A DNA stretch of 64,000 nt from the human T2T-CHM13v2.0 reference genome, Homo sapiens (GCF_009914755.1 NC_060946.1); one strand, 5' to 3'; positions 16,701 through 31,489 are shown, counted from the stretch's first letter. A program made the numbers and translations. The notes: generated by a model from the sequence alone, not told the origin.

Positions 16701-19700
16701 TCACCTGAGGCCATAAAGGGCTCACAAATATCCCTTTGAAGATTCTACAAAAAGACTGTTTCCAAACTGCTTAATCAAAAGAAAGGTTCAACTCTGTGAG
16801 ATGAATGGACACATCAGAAAGAAATTTTTCGGACTGACTCTGTCTAGTTTTTACGTGAAGTTATTTCTCTTTCACCATAGGCCTCAAACAGATCAGAATT
16901 ATCCCTTTGCAGATTGTACAATAAGCCTCTTTCCAACCTGCTCAATCAAAAGAAAGGTTCAACTCTGTGAGATGAATGCACACATCACAAGGAAGTTTCT
17001 CAGAAAGCTTCTGTTTAGTTTTTATGTGAAGATATTTCGTTTTTCACCATGGGCCTCAAAGCACTCCAAATATCCATTTGCAGATTCTAGAAAAAGAGTG
17101 CTTCCAAACTCCTCAATCAAAAGGAAGTTTCAGTTCTGTGAGATGAAAGCACACATCACAAACAAGTTTCTTAGAAAGCTTCTGTCTAGTTTTTATGTGA
17201 AGATATTTCACATTTCACCATAGTACTCAATGGGCTCAGAAATATCCCTTTGCAGATTTTACAAAAGGACTGTTTCCAAACTGCTCAATCCAAAGAAAGT
17301 TTCGACTCTGTGAGATGAATGCACACATCACAAAGAAGTTTCTCAGAATGCTTCTGTCTAGTTTATATGTGAAGAAAATTCCTATTTCACCATAGGCAAT
17401 AAAGGGCTCACAAATATTTTTTGCAGATTCTACAAAAAGACTGTATCCAAACTGCTCAATAAAAAGAAAGTTTCAACTCTGTTAGATTAATGGACACATC
17501 AAAAAGTAGTTTCTCAGAAAACATCTGTTTAGTTTTTATGTGAAGATATTTCCTTTGTCACCATTGGCCTGAAAGCACTCCTAATATCCACTTACAGATT
17601 ACACAAAAAGAGTGTTTCCAAACTGCTCAATCAAAAGAAAGGTTCAACTCTGTGAGATGAAAGCACACATCTCAAAGAAGTTTCTCAGAAATCTTCGGTC
17701 TAGTTTTCATGTGAAGATATTTCCAGTTTCACCATAGGCCTCAAAGGGCTAAGAAATATCCCTTTGCAGATTCTAAAAGAGGACCATTTCCATACTGCTC
17801 AATCAAAATAAAGGTTAAATTCTGTGAGGTGAATGCACACATTAGAATGAAGTTTCTCAGAATTCTTCTGTCTAATTTTTATGTGAATATATTTACTATT
17901 TCACTATAGGCTTCAAATGGTTCACAAATATCCCTTTGCAGATTCTACAAAAATACCATTGACAAACTTCTGAATTAAAAGAAATGTTCAACTCTGTCAA
18001 ATGAATGGAGACATCACAAAGAAGTTCCTCAGAATGCTTCTGTCTAGTTAAAATGTGAAGATATCTCTTTTTCACCATAGACCTCAAATGTCTCAGAAAT
18101 ATACCTTTGCAGATTGCAGAAAAAGACTGTTTCTGAACTGCTCAAACAAAATAAAGTTTCAACACTGTGAGATGAATGCACACATCACAAAGAAGTTTCT
18201 CAGAAAGCTTCTGCGTAATTTTTATGTGAAGATATTTCCTTTTTCACCATAGGCCTTAAACCGCTAACAAATATCCTTCTGCAGATACTAAAAAAAATAC
18301 TGTTTCCAAACTGCTCCATCAAAAGAAAAGTTCACCTCTCTGAGATGAATGCACACATCACAAAGAAGTTTCTCAGAATTATTCTGTCTAGATTTTATGT
18401 GAAGATATTTCCATTTTCACCTTAGGCCACAAAGTGCTCCAAATATCCATTTGCAGATTATACAAAAAGACTGTTTCCAAACTGCTCAATCAAAAGAAAT
18501 CTTCAACTCTGTGAGATGAAAGCACACATCACGAAGAATTTTCTCAGGAATCTTCTGTCTAGTTTTTATCTCAAGATAATTCCTATTTCACCATAGGAAT
18601 TAATGGGCTCACAAATATCCCTTTGCAGATTCTACATAAGTTCTGTTTCCAAACTGCTCAATCAAAACAAAGGTTCAACATTGTGAGATGAATGCACATA
18701 TCACAAAGAAGTTTCTCAGAATTCTTCTGTCTAGTTTTTATGTGAAGATATTTCCTTTTTCAACATAGGCCTCAAATCGCTCCAAATATCCATTTGCAGA
18801 TTCTACAAAAAGAATGTTTCCAAACTGGTCAATCAAAAGAAAGGCTCAACTCTGTGAGACGAAAGCACACATCACAAAGAAGTTTCTCAGAAAGCTTCTG
18901 TCTACTTTTTATGTGAAGGTATTTCCTTTCGCACCATAGGTCTTAAACTGCTCACAAATATAACTCCACTTTCTCCAAATTGCTAAATCAAAAGAAATGT
19001 TCAACTCTGTGAGACGAATGCACACATCACAAAGAAGTTTCTCAAAATGGTTTTGTCTAGTTTTCATGTGAAGATATTTATTTTTCACCATTGGCCTCAA
19101 ACTGCTCAGAAATATCCCTTTGCAATTTCTACAAAAGGACTGTTTCCAAACTGCTCAATGAAAAGAAATGGTCAACTCTTCGATATGAATGGAAATGTCA
19201 CAGAGTTTTCTCAAAAAGCTACTGTGTAGTTTTTATGTGAAGATATTTCCTTTTTCACTATATGCCTTAAAACACTCCAAATATACATCTGCAGAATCTA
19301 CAAAAAGACTGTTTCCAAACTGCTCAATCAAATAAAAGGTTCAACTCTGTGAGACAAACGTACACACCCCAAAGAAGTTTCTCAGAAAGCTTCTGTCTAG
19401 TTTTTATGTGAAGATATTTCATATTTCAACATAGGCCATAAAGGGCTCACAAATATCCCTTTGCAGATTCTAAGAAAAGACATTTCCCAAACTCCTTGAT
19501 CAAAAGAAAGGTTTATCTCTGTGAGATGAATGGACACATCACAAGGAAGTTTCTTAGAAAGCTTCTGTCTAGTTTTTATGTGAAGATATTTCTTTTTCAC
19601 CATAGGCCTCAAACGTCTAAGAAATTTCCCTTTGCAGCTTCTACAAAAGACTGTCTCCAACTGCTGAATCAAAAGAAAGGTTGAATTCTGTGACATGAAT

Positions 19701-22700
19701 TCACACATCACAAAGAAGTTTCTCAGAAATCTTCTGTCTAGTTTTTATGTGAAGATACTTCCTTTTTCACCATGGGCCTCAAATAGCTCCAAATATCCAT
19801 TTGCAGATTCTACAAAAAGACTTTCCAAACTGCTCAATCAAAAGAAAGGTTCAACACTGTGAGACGAAAGCAAACATCACAAAGAAGTTTCTCAGAAATC
19901 TTCTGTCTAGTTTTTATGTGAAGATATTTTGTATTTCACCACAGGCCATAAAGGGCTCACAAATATCCCTCACATATTCTACAAAACGACTGCTTCCAAA
20001 CTGCTCAATCAAAAGAGAGGTTCAACTCTGTGACATGAATGGACACATCACAAAGAAGTTTTTCAGAATGCTTCTGTCAGGTTTTTATGTGCAGATATTT
20101 CGTTTTCACCATAAGCCTCAAATGGCTCAGAAATATCCCTTTGCAGCTTGTACAAAAAGACTGTTTCCAAGCTGCTCAATCAAAAGAAAGATTCAACTCT
20201 GTGAAATGAAAGCACACATCACAAAGAAGTTTCTCAAAATACTTCTGTCTAGTTTTTATGTGAATATATTACCTTTTTAACTGTAGGCCTAAAATCTCTC
20301 CAAATATCCGTTTGTAGATTCTTCAAAAATACTCTTTCCAAAGTTATCAATCAAAAGAAAGGTTCAACTCTGTAGGATGAAAGCACACATCACAAAGAAG
20401 TTTCTCAGAAAGCTTCTGTCTAGTATTTATGTGAATATATTTCCTATTTCATCATAGACCTCAAAGGAATCACAAATATCCCTTTGCAGATTCTACAAAA
20501 AGACTGTTTCCAAACTGCTCAATGAAAAGAAAGATTCAACTCTGTGAGGTGAATGCACAGATAAAAAAGAAGCATTCTCAGAATGCTTCTGTCTAGTTTT
20601 TATGTGAAGTTATTTCTTTTTCACCATAGGCCTCAAACCACTCAGAAATATTCCTTTGCAGATTGCACAAAAAAAAGTCTCCAAACTCCTCAATGAAGAG
20701 AGAGGTTCAACTCTTTGAGATAAATGCAAATATCACAAAGAGTTATCTCAAAAACTTCTGTCTGGTTTTTATGTGAAGATATTTAGTTTTTCACCATAGG
20801 CCTCAAACCGCTCACAAATGTACCTTGCAGATTCTACAAAATGACTTGTTCCCAAACTGCTCAATGAAAGAAAGGGTCAAATCTGTGAGAAGAAAGCACG
20901 CATCACAAAGAAGTTTCTCAGAAAGTTTCTGTCTAGTTTTTATGTGCAGATACTTCCCTTTTCACCTTATGCCTCAAAGCACTCCAAATATCTGTTTACA
21001 GATTCTACAAAAAGAGTGTTTCCAAACTGCTCAATCAAAGGAAAGGTTCAACTCTGTGAAATGAAAGCATACAACACAAAGAAGTTTCTCAGAATGCTTC
21101 TGTCTAGTTATTATGTGAAGATATTTCCTATTTCACTATAGGACTCAAAGGGCTCAGAAATATCCCTTTGCAGATTCTACAAAAGGACTGTTTCCAAACT
21201 GCTCAATCTAAACAAAGGTTCACCTCTGTGAGTTGAATGCACACATCACAGAGAAGTTTCCCAGAATGCTTCTTTCTAGTTTTTATGTGAAGGTATCTCC
21301 TTTTTCACCATAGGCCTCAAACCGCTCACAAATATACCTCTGCAGATACAACAAAAGGACTGTTTCCAATCTGCTAAATGAAAAAATAGGCTCAACAACG
21401 TGAGATGAATGCACACGTCACAAATAAGTTTCTCAGAATGCTTTCATCTAGTTTTTATGTGAAGATATTTACTTTTTCACCATAGGCCTCAAAACACTCC
21501 AAACATCCATTTGCAGATTCCACAAAAAGACTGTTTCCAAACTGCTCAATCAAAAGAAGGTTCAACTCTGTGAGATGAAAGCACACATCAAAAAGAAGTT
21601 TCTTGGAAAGCTTCTGTCTAGTTTTTATTTGAGGATATTTCCTATTTCACCACAGGCCTCAAAGGAATCACAAATATCCCTTTGCAGATTCTACAAAAAG
21701 ACTGTTTCCAAACTGCTCAATGAAAAGGAAGTTTCAACTCTGTGAGGTGAATGCACACATAAAAAAGAAGTTTCTCAGAATGCTTCTGTCTAGTTTTTAT
21801 GTGAAGATATTACTTTTTCACCATAGGCCTCAAACTGCTCAGAAATATCCCTTTGCACATTGTATAAAAAGACTGCTTCCAGACTGCTCAATGAAAAGAA
21901 AGATTCATCTCTGGGAGATGAATTCACACATAAAAAATAAGTTTCTCAGAATGCTTCTGTATAGTTTTTATGTGAAGATATTTTATTTTTCACCATAGGC
22001 CTTTAACTGCTCACAAATATCCCTCTGCAGATACTACAAAAAGACTGTTTCCAAACTGCTCCAAGAAAAGAAAGGTTCAACTCTGTGAGATGAAGGCACA
22101 CATCACAAGGAAGTTTCTCACAATGATTCTGTCTAGCTTTTATGTGAAGATAATTCTTTTTCACCATAGGCATCAAACAGCTCAGAAATATCCCTTTGCA
22201 GATTGTACAAAAAGACGGTTTCGAATCTGCTCAATCAAAAGAAAGGATCAGCTCTGTGATATGAATCCACACATCACGAAGAAGCTTCTCAGAAAGCTTC
22301 TTTTTAGTGTTGTTGTGAAGATATTTCCTTTTTCACCATAGGCCTAAAAGCACTGCAAATATCCACTTGCAGATTCTACAAAAAGACTGTTTCCAAACTA
22401 CTCAATCAAAACAAAAGTTCACCTCTGTGAGATGAAAGCACACACCACAAAGCATTTTCTCAGAAAGATTCTGTCTAATTTTTATGTGAAGATATTTCCT
22501 ATTTCACCATAGGCTGTAAAGGGCTCAAAAATATCTGTTTGCACATTCAAAAAAAAAGACTTTCCAAACTGCTCAAACAAAAGAAGGGTTCAACCCTGTG
22601 AGATGAATGCACACATCAGAAACAAGTTTCTCAGAATGCTTCTGTCTAGTTTTTATGTGAAGATATTTCTTTTTCATCATCGGCCTCAAATGGCTCAGAA

Positions 22701-25700
22701 ATACCCTTTTGCAGATTTTACAAAAAGTCTGTTTCCAAACTGCTCAAGCAAAAGAAAGATTCAACTCTGTGAGATGAATGCACACATCACAAAGAAGCTT
22801 CTCAGAAAGCTTCTGTTTTGTTTTTATTTGAAGATATTTCCTTTTTCACCATAGGCCTCAATGGGCTCAGAAATATCTCTTTGCAGATTCTACAAAAGGA
22901 CTGTTTAGAAAACTGCTGAATCCAAAGAAAGATTTAACTCTGTGAAATGAATGCACACATCACAAAGAAGTTTCACAGAATGCATCTGTCTAGTTTTTAT
23001 GTGAAGATATTTCTTTTTTCACCATAGGCCTCAAAGTGCTCCAAATACCCATTTGCAGATTCTACAAAAAGAGTGTTTCCAAACTGCTCAATCAAAAGAA
23101 ATGTTCAACTCTGTGACACAGAAGCACACTTCACAAAGAGGTTTCTCAGAATGCTTCTGTCTAGTTTTTTTGTGAAGATATTTCCTATTTCACCTTGGGC
23201 CATATAGGGCTCAAAAATACTTTTTGTAGATTCTACAAAAAGACTGTTTCCACTCTGCTCAATCCAAACAAAGTTTCAACTCTGTGAGATGAATGGACAC
23301 ATCACAAAAAAGTTTATCAGAATGCTTCTGTCTAGTTTTTATGTGAAGACATTTCTTTTTCACCCTAGGCTTCAATGGGCTCAGAAATATCCCTTTGCAG
23401 ATTCTACAAAAGGACTGTTTCCAAGCTGCTCAATCAAAGGTTCAACACTATGAGATGAATGCACACATCACAGAGATGTTTCTCACAATGCTTCTGTCTA
23501 TTTTTTATGTGAAGGTATTTCCTTTTTCACCATAGGCTTCAAAGCACTCCAAGCATCCATTTGCTGATTCCACAAAAAGACTTTCCAAGCCATTCAAAGA
23601 AAGGTTCAACTCTATGAGATGAATGCACACATCACAGAGATGTTTCTCACAATGCTTCTGTCTATTTTTTATGTGAAGGTATTTCCTTTTTCACCATAGG
23701 CCTCAAAGCCCTCCAAACATCCATTTGCTGATTCCTCAAAAAGACTGTTTCCAAACTGCTCAATCAAAAGAAAGGTACAACTCTGTGAGTTCAAAGCACA
23801 CATCACAAAGAAGTTTCTCAGAAAGCTTCTGTCTAGTTTTTCTGTGAGGATATTTCCTGTTCCAGCATGGACCATAAAGGGCTCAAAAATATTTTTTGCA
23901 GTTTCCACAAAAAGACCGTTTCCAAATTGCTCAATGAAAAGAAAGTTTCAACTCCGTGAGTTGAAAGCACACATCACAAAGAAGTTTCTCAGAATGTATC
24001 TTTCTAGTTTTTTTTGTGAAGATATTTCCTTTTTCACCATAGGCCTCAAAGCACTCAAAGTGTCCATTTGCAGATTCTACCAAAAGACCGTTTACAAACT
24101 GCTAAATCAAAAGAAAGTTTCAGCTCTGTGATATGAATGCACCCATCAAAAAGAAGTTTCTCAGAAAGATTCTGTTTAGTTTTTATCTGAAGATATTTCC
24201 TTTTTCACCATAGGCCTCAAAGTGCTCCGAATATGCATTTCCAGATTCTATAAAAAGTCTGTTTCCAAACTGCTCAATGAAAAGAAAGGTTCGACTCTGT
24301 GAGATGAAAGCATATAGCACAAAGAAGTTTCTCAGAATGTTTCTTTCTAGTTTTTTTGTGAAGATATTTCCTTTTTCACTATAGGCCTCAAAGCGCTCCA
24401 AATATCCATTTGCAGATTATACAAAAAGACTGTTTACAAACGGCTCAATCAAAAAAAAGTTTCAACTCTGTGAGATGAATGCATGCATTACAAAGTAGTT
24501 TCTCAGAAAGCTTCTGTTTAGTTGTTATGTGAAGATATTTCCTTTTTCACCATAGACCTCAAAATGCTCCAATTATCCATTTGCAGATTATGCAAAAAGA
24601 GTGTTTCCAAACTGCTCAGTCAAAAGAAATGCTCAACTCTTTGAGATGAAAGCACTCATTGAAAAGAAGTTTCTCAGAAAGCTTCTGTCTAGCTTTTATG
24701 TGAAGGTATTTCCTATATCACCAACGGCCTCAATGGGCTCAGAAATATCCCTTTGGGGATTCTACAATAGGACTGTTTCCAAACTGCTCTAGCAAAAGAA
24801 AGCTTCAACTCTGTGAGATGAATGCACCCATCACAAAAAAGTTTCTCAGAATGTTTCTGTGTAGTTTTTATGTTAAGATATTTCCTACTTCACCATAGGC
24901 CTCAAAGTGTTCACAATTATCCCTTTGTAAATTTTACAAAAAGACAGTTTCCATATCTTCAATCAAAGAAATGTTCAACTGTGTGAGGTGGAGGCAAACA
25001 TCACAAAGAAGTTTCTCAGAATGCTTCTGTCTAATTTTTATGTGACGATATTTCCTTTTTTACCATTGGCCTCAAAGTTCTCCAAATATCCATTTGCAGA
25101 TTCTAAAAAAAGAGTGTTTCCAAACTGCTCAATCAAAAGAAAGGTTCAACTCTGTGAGATGGAAGCACACATCATAAAAAGTTTCTTAGAAACCTTCTGT
25201 CTAGTTTTTATGGGAAGATATTTCATATTTCACCACAGGCCTCAATGGGCTCAGAAATATACCTTTGTAGATTCTACAAAAGGATTGTTTCCAAACTGCT
25301 CAATCCAAAGAAAGATTCAACACTGTGAGATGAATTCACATATCACAAAGAGGTTTCTCACAAAGCTTCTGTCTAGTTTTTATGTGAAGATATTTCCTTT
25401 TTCACCATAGGCCTCAAATCGCTCTCAAACAACCCTCTACAGATACTACAAAAAGACTGTTTCCAAAGTGTTCAATCAAAAGAAAGGTATAACTCTGTGT
25501 GATAAATGCACACGTCACCAAGAAGTTTCTCAGAATGCTTCTATCTAGTTTTTATGTGAAGATATTTCCATTCTTACCAAGGCCTCAAAACGCTCCAAAT
25601 ATCCACTTGCAGATTCTACAAAAAGATGGTTTCCAAACTGCTCAATGAATAGAAAGGTTCAACTCTGTGAGATGAAAGCACACATCACAAAGAAGTTTCA

Positions 25701-28058
25701 TAGAATGTTGCTTTCTAGTTTTTATGTGAAGATATTTCCTTTTTCACCATAGTCCTCAAAGTGCTCTAAATATCCATTTGCAGATTCTACAAAAAGTGTG
25801 TTTCCAAACTGCTCAATCAAAAGAAAGGTTCAACTCTGTGAGATGAAAGCACACATCACAAAGAAGCTTCTCAGAAATCTTCTGACTAGTTTTTATGTGA
25901 AGATATTTCATAATTCACCATAGGCCTCAATGGGCTAAAAAATATCCCTTTGCATATTCTACAAAAGGACTGCTTTGAAACTGCTCAATCATAAGAAAGG
26001 TTCAGCTTTGTGATATGAATGCATACATCAGAAAGAAGTTTCTCAGAATGCTTCTGTGTAGTTTTTATGTGAAGATATTTCCTTTTTCACCATAGGCCTC
26101 AAAGCATTCCAAATATCCATTTGCATATTCTACAAAAAGACTGTTTCCAAACTCCTCAATCAAAAGAGAGGTTCAACTCTGTGATATGAATGCATACATC
26201 ACAAAGAAGTTTCTCTGAACGCTTCTGTCTAGTTTTTAGGTGAAGATACTTCCTTTTTCACCATAGGCCTCAAAGTGCTCCAACTATCCATTTGCATATT
26301 CTACAAAAAGACTGTTTCCAAACTCCTCAATCAAAAGAGAGGTTCAACTCTGTGAGATGAAACCACACTTCACAAAGAAGTTTCTCAGAATGCTTCTGTC
26401 TAGTTTTTATGTGAAGATATTTCCTATTTCACCTTAGGCCATAAGGGCTCACAAATATCCCCCTGCGGATTCTAGAAAAGGACTCTTTCCAAACTGCCCA
26501 ATCAAAAGAAAGGTTCAACTTTGTTAGACGAATGCACACATCACAAAGAAGTTTCTCAGAAATCTTCTGACTAGTTTTTATATGAAGATATTTCCTAATT
26601 CACCATAGGCCTCAATGGGCTCACAAATGTCCCTTTGCATATTCTACAAAAGGATGGCTTTGAAACTGCTCAATCATAAGAAAGGTTCAACTCTGTGATA
26701 TGAATGCATACATCACAAAGCAGTTTCTCAGAATGCTTCAGTGTGGTTTTTATGTGAAGATATTTCCCTTTTCACCATAGGCCTCAAAGCACTGTAAATA
26801 TCCATTGGCATATTCTACAAAAAGACTGTTTCCAAACTCTTCAATCAAAAGAGAGGTTCAACTCTGTGATATGAATGCATACATCACAAAGAAGTTTCTC
26901 AGAATGCTTCTGTCTAGTTTTTAGGTGAAGATATTTCCTTTTTCACCACAGGCCTCAAAGTGCTCCAAATATCCATTTGCATATTCTACAAAAAGACTGT
27001 TTCCAAACTCCTCAATCAAAAGAGATGTTCAACTCTGTGAGACGAAAGCACACTTGACAAAGAAGTTTCTCAGAATGCTTCTGTTTAGTTTTTATATGAA
27101 GATATTTCCTATTTCACCTTAGGCCATAAAGGTCTCACAAATATCCCTCTGCAGATTCTAGAAAAGGACTCTTTCCAAACTGCCCAATCAAAAGAAAGGT
27201 TCAACTCTGTTAGTCGAATGCACACATCACAAAGAAGTTTCTCAGAAAGCTTCTGTCCAGTTTTTATGTGAAGATATTTCCCTTTTCACCATACCTATCA
27301 AAGCACTCAAAATATCCCCTTGCAGATTCTCTGAAAAGACTGTTTCCAAACTTCTCAATCAAAAGAGTGGTTCAACTCTGTGAGATGAATGCACATATCA
27401 CAAAGAAGTTTCTCTGAAATCTGTCTAGTTTTTATGTGAAGGTATTTCCTGTTTCACCACAGGCCTAAAGCCACTCACAAATATCCCTTTGCAGATTTTA
27501 CAAGAACAGAGTTTCCAGACTCATCAAAGAATAGAAACTTTCATCTCTCTGAGATGAGTGCACATATTGCAAAACAGCTTCTCAGAAACATTCTTTATAG
27601 TTTTTATTGAAGATATTTCCTTTTTCACCATAGGCCTCATAGAGCTGAAAAATATCCCTTTGCAGATTCTACAAAAAGTCTGTTTACAAACTGCTCAATC
27701 AAAAGAATGGTTCAACTCTGTGAGATAAATGCACACATCACAAAGAGGTTTCTCAGAAATCTTCTGTCCAGTTTTTATGTGAAGATATTTCCTTTCTCAC
27801 CATAGGCTTCAAAGCGCTCATAAATATCCCTTTGCAGATTCTACAAATAGACAGTTTTCAAACTGCTCAGCAAAAAGACTGTTTCAACTCTGTGAGATGA
27901 ATGCACACATGACAGGGAGGTTTCTCAGAGAACTTCTGTTTATTTATTATGTGAAGGTATTTCCTTTTTCACCAAAGGCCTCAAAGCGCTCACAAATATC
28001 TCCTTGCAGATTCTACAAGAACAGAGTATCCAAACTGATTAATCAAAAGAATGCTTCA
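13758..28058 (-). repeat. Monomeric/degenerate multimeric alpha satellite
   Basis: Continuous ~171 bp units with several alternating monomer variants. Confidence 0.97.
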
Positions 28059-29234
28059 CATAAAATCCCTAGAAGAAAACCTAGGCAATACCACTCAGGA
28101 CATAGGCATGGGCAAGGACATCATGTCTAAAACACCTAAAGCAATGGCAACAAAGCCACAATTGACAAATGGGATCTAATTAAACTAAGGAGCTTCTGCA
28201 CAGCTAAAGAAACCACCATCCGAGTGAACAGCCATCCTACAGAATGGGAAAATATTTTTGCAACCTACTCATCTGACAAAGGGTTAATATCCAGAGTCTA
28301 CAATGAACTTAGACAAATTTACAAGAAAAAAACAAACAACCCCGTCAAAAAGTGGTTGAAGGATATGAATAGACACTTCTCAAAAGAAGACATTTATGCA
28401 GCCAATGAACAAATGAAAAAATTGCTCATCATCACTGGCTATCAGAGAAATGCAAATCAAAACCACAACAAGATATCATCTCACACCAGTTAGTATGGTG
28501 ATCATTAAAATGTCAGGGAACAACAGGTGCTGGAGAGGATGTGAGAAATAGGAACAATTTTGCACTGTTGGTGGGACTGTAAACTAGTTCAACCATTGTG
28601 GAAGTCGGTGTGGTGATTCCTCAGGGATCTAGAATTAGAAATATCACTTGACCCAGCCATCACATTACTGGGTATATACCCAAAGGATTATAAATCATGC
28701 TGCTATAAAGACACATGCACTCGTATGTTTATAGTGGCACTATTCACAATAGCAAAGACTTGGAACCAACCTAAATGTCCAACAACGATAGACCGGATGA
28801 AGAAAATGTGGCACATATACATCATGGAATACTATGCAGCCATAAAAAATGATGAGTTCATGTCCTTTGTAGGGACATGGATGAAGCTGGAAACCATCAT
28901 TCTCAGTGAACTATCGCAAGGACAAAAAATCAAACACCACATGTTCTCACTCATAGTTGGGAATTGATCAATGAGAACACATGGACCCAGGAAGCGAAAC
29001 ATCACACACCACACACCAGGGACTGTAGTCTGGTGGGGGGAGGGTGAGGGATAGCATTAGAAGATATACCTAATGCTAAATGATGAGTTCATGGGTGCAG
29101 CACACAAACATGGCACATGTATACATATGTAACAAACCTGCACAGTGTACAAATGTACCCTAAAACTTAAAGTATAATAATAATAAAAGTAAATAAATAA
29201 ATAAATAAACCCAGAGCTCCAAAAAAAAAAGAAG
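28059..29234 (+). mobile_element. 5'-truncated L1PA (L1PA4-like) 3' end with A-rich tail
   Basis: ORF2 C-terminal remnants (..[24 protein letters not shown]..) and 3'UTR GCATTAG..GCTAAATGA. TSD AAGAATG(C/G)TTCA at 28047-28058 and 29235-29246. Confidence 0.93.
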
Positions 29235-30766
29235 AAGAATGGTTCAACTCTATGAGATGAATGCACACATCACAAATAAGTCTCTCAGAAAGCTTCTGTC
29301 TACATTTTATATGAAGATATTTCCTTTTTCACCATAGCCCTCAAAGGGCTCACAAATATCCCTTTGCAGATTCTACAAGGAAAGAGTTTCCCATCTGCTC
29401 AATGAAAAGAAACATTTACCTCTGTGAGATGAATGCACACATTACAGTTTCTCAGAAACCTTCTGTCTAGTTTTTATGTGAAGATATTTCCTTTTTCCCC
29501 ATGGGCCTAAAAGCACTCACAAATATCCCTTTGCTGATTCTCCAAAAGGCTATTTCCAAACTGCTCAATCAAAAGAATGGTTCAACAGTGTGAGAGGAGT
29601 GTACACATTACACAGAAGTGTCTCAGAAAACCTCTGTCCCATGTGAAGATATTTCCTTTATCACCATAGGCCTCAAAGCATTCACAAATATCCCTTTGCA
29701 GACTCAACAAAAAGACTGTTTCCAATATGCTCAATCAATAGAAAGGTTTAACTTTGTGAGACAAATTCACACATCACAAAGCAGTTTCTCAGAAACCTTC
29801 TTTCTAGTTATTATGTGAAGATATTTCCTTTTTCACCATAGGCTTCAAAGCACTCACTAATATTCTTTTGCAGATTCTACAAAAAGATTGTTACCAAACT
29901 GCTCAATCAAAAGAATGGTTCAACTCTGTGAGATGAATGCATACATAACCAGGAAGTTTTTCAGAAACTTCTGTCAAGTTTTTATGCGATGATATTTCCT
30001 TTTTCACCATAGGCCTCAAACTGCTCACAAATATCCCTTTGCAGATTGCACAAGAAAATAGTTTCCCATGTGCTCAATGAAAATAAACGTTTACGTCTGT
30101 GAGATGAATGCACACATTACAAAGCAGTTTCTCAGAAACCTTCTGTCTAGTTTTTATGTAAAGATATTTCCTTTTTCACCATAGGCCTCAAAGTGTTCAC
30201 AAATATCCCTTGGCAGATTCTACAAAAAGACTGTTTCCAAAATGCTCAATCAATAGAAAGGTTCAACTCTGTGAGATGAATTCACATATCACAAAACAGT
30301 TTCTCATAAACCTTCTTTCTAGTTTTTATGTGAAGATATTTCCTTTTTCACCATAGGCCTCAAAGCGCTCACAAATATCCCTCTGCAGATTCTACTAAAA
30401 CACCATTTCCAAGCATTTCAATCAAAAGAATGGTTTAACTCTGTGAGATGAATGCACACGTCACAAAGTAATTTCTCAGAAAGTGTCTGTCTAGTTTTTA
30501 TGTGAAGATATTTCCTTTTTCACCATAGGCCTGAAAGCACTCACAAATACCACTTTGCAGATTGTACAAGAACAGAGTTTCCAGACTGATCAAAGGAATG
30601 GAACGTTTAACTCAGTGAGATGAATGCACACATCACAAAGCAGTTTCTCAGAAACCTTCTTTATAGTTTTTATGTGAAGGTATTTCCTTTTTCACCATGG
30701 CGTCAAAGCACTCACAAATATCCCTTTGCAGATTGTACAACAACAACAGAATTTCCAAACTGCTCA
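29235..30766 (-). repeat. Monomeric alpha satellite (terminal block)
   Basis: ~171 bp units ending abruptly at ..TTCCAAACTGCTCA (30766). Confidence 0.96.
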
Positions 30767-30894
30767 TAATTAGTTTTTAGGACCAACATGAGCATTTAGA
30801 CACACTGCTTGTGGTGCAGCACACATGTATTATCCACACTGAAATTAGGAATTCAACTGAAGTTCATGTGGAGCCGAAAATGTGAATATTTGGG

Positions 30895-31090
30895 GGACCT
30901 TGGAGATAATCTAGCTCACTTTATTTTATAGAAAACAGATTCAGGGAAAGGGCATGCATTGCCTAAGGTGATTCAGCAGCTTTGGCACAGAAACACAACA
31001 CATCTAAGGTGATTCATCAGGTTTGGAGCAGAAACGCAATACAATCTCTGTTCTTTTGCTTCTCAGATCCAGAATTTTTTCACAATACTG
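30895..31090 (+). mobile_element. Degenerate MIR-like fragment with an internal ~41 bp tandem duplication
   Basis: CCTTGGAGATAATCTAG..ATTTTATAGA..TTGCCTAAGGT resembles the MIR core. The unit CTAAGGTGATTCA.CAG.TTTGG..CAGAAAC.CAA.ACA is repeated at ~30963 and ~31004. Confidence 0.5.
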
Positions 31091-31489
31091 AACTACTTAT
31101 GTTTCTGATTCCTTATTTTTTCTTTCTAAATTTTGCCAGTATTGTCTAACGAAGATCCTATTCTTTACCCTAAATATTTAAATTCGTTACCACTATTGTC
31201 TCTTTATAAGTAAAATTACTAGTTGTTATTATAAATGATTATTCAATCACTTTTCATTTTTGGGGGGTTCAGTACAAAGTTAGTATCAAATAAGCACTAT
31301 CAGCCTTGGCAATCCAAGAGGAGCTCAAGTCCTCCAGGGCACATCAGGAAAAGGCTAAATGACAGCTGTGCTGCGAGTGGACAGAATAAAGCTCTCATAC
31401 AGACTATTGGGTATTTGATGTTCTTCAACAATTTCATTAATCTTCAGTTTTTTTCCTCTTTGAAGTGAAAGTCTGCTATGACTTTCAAG

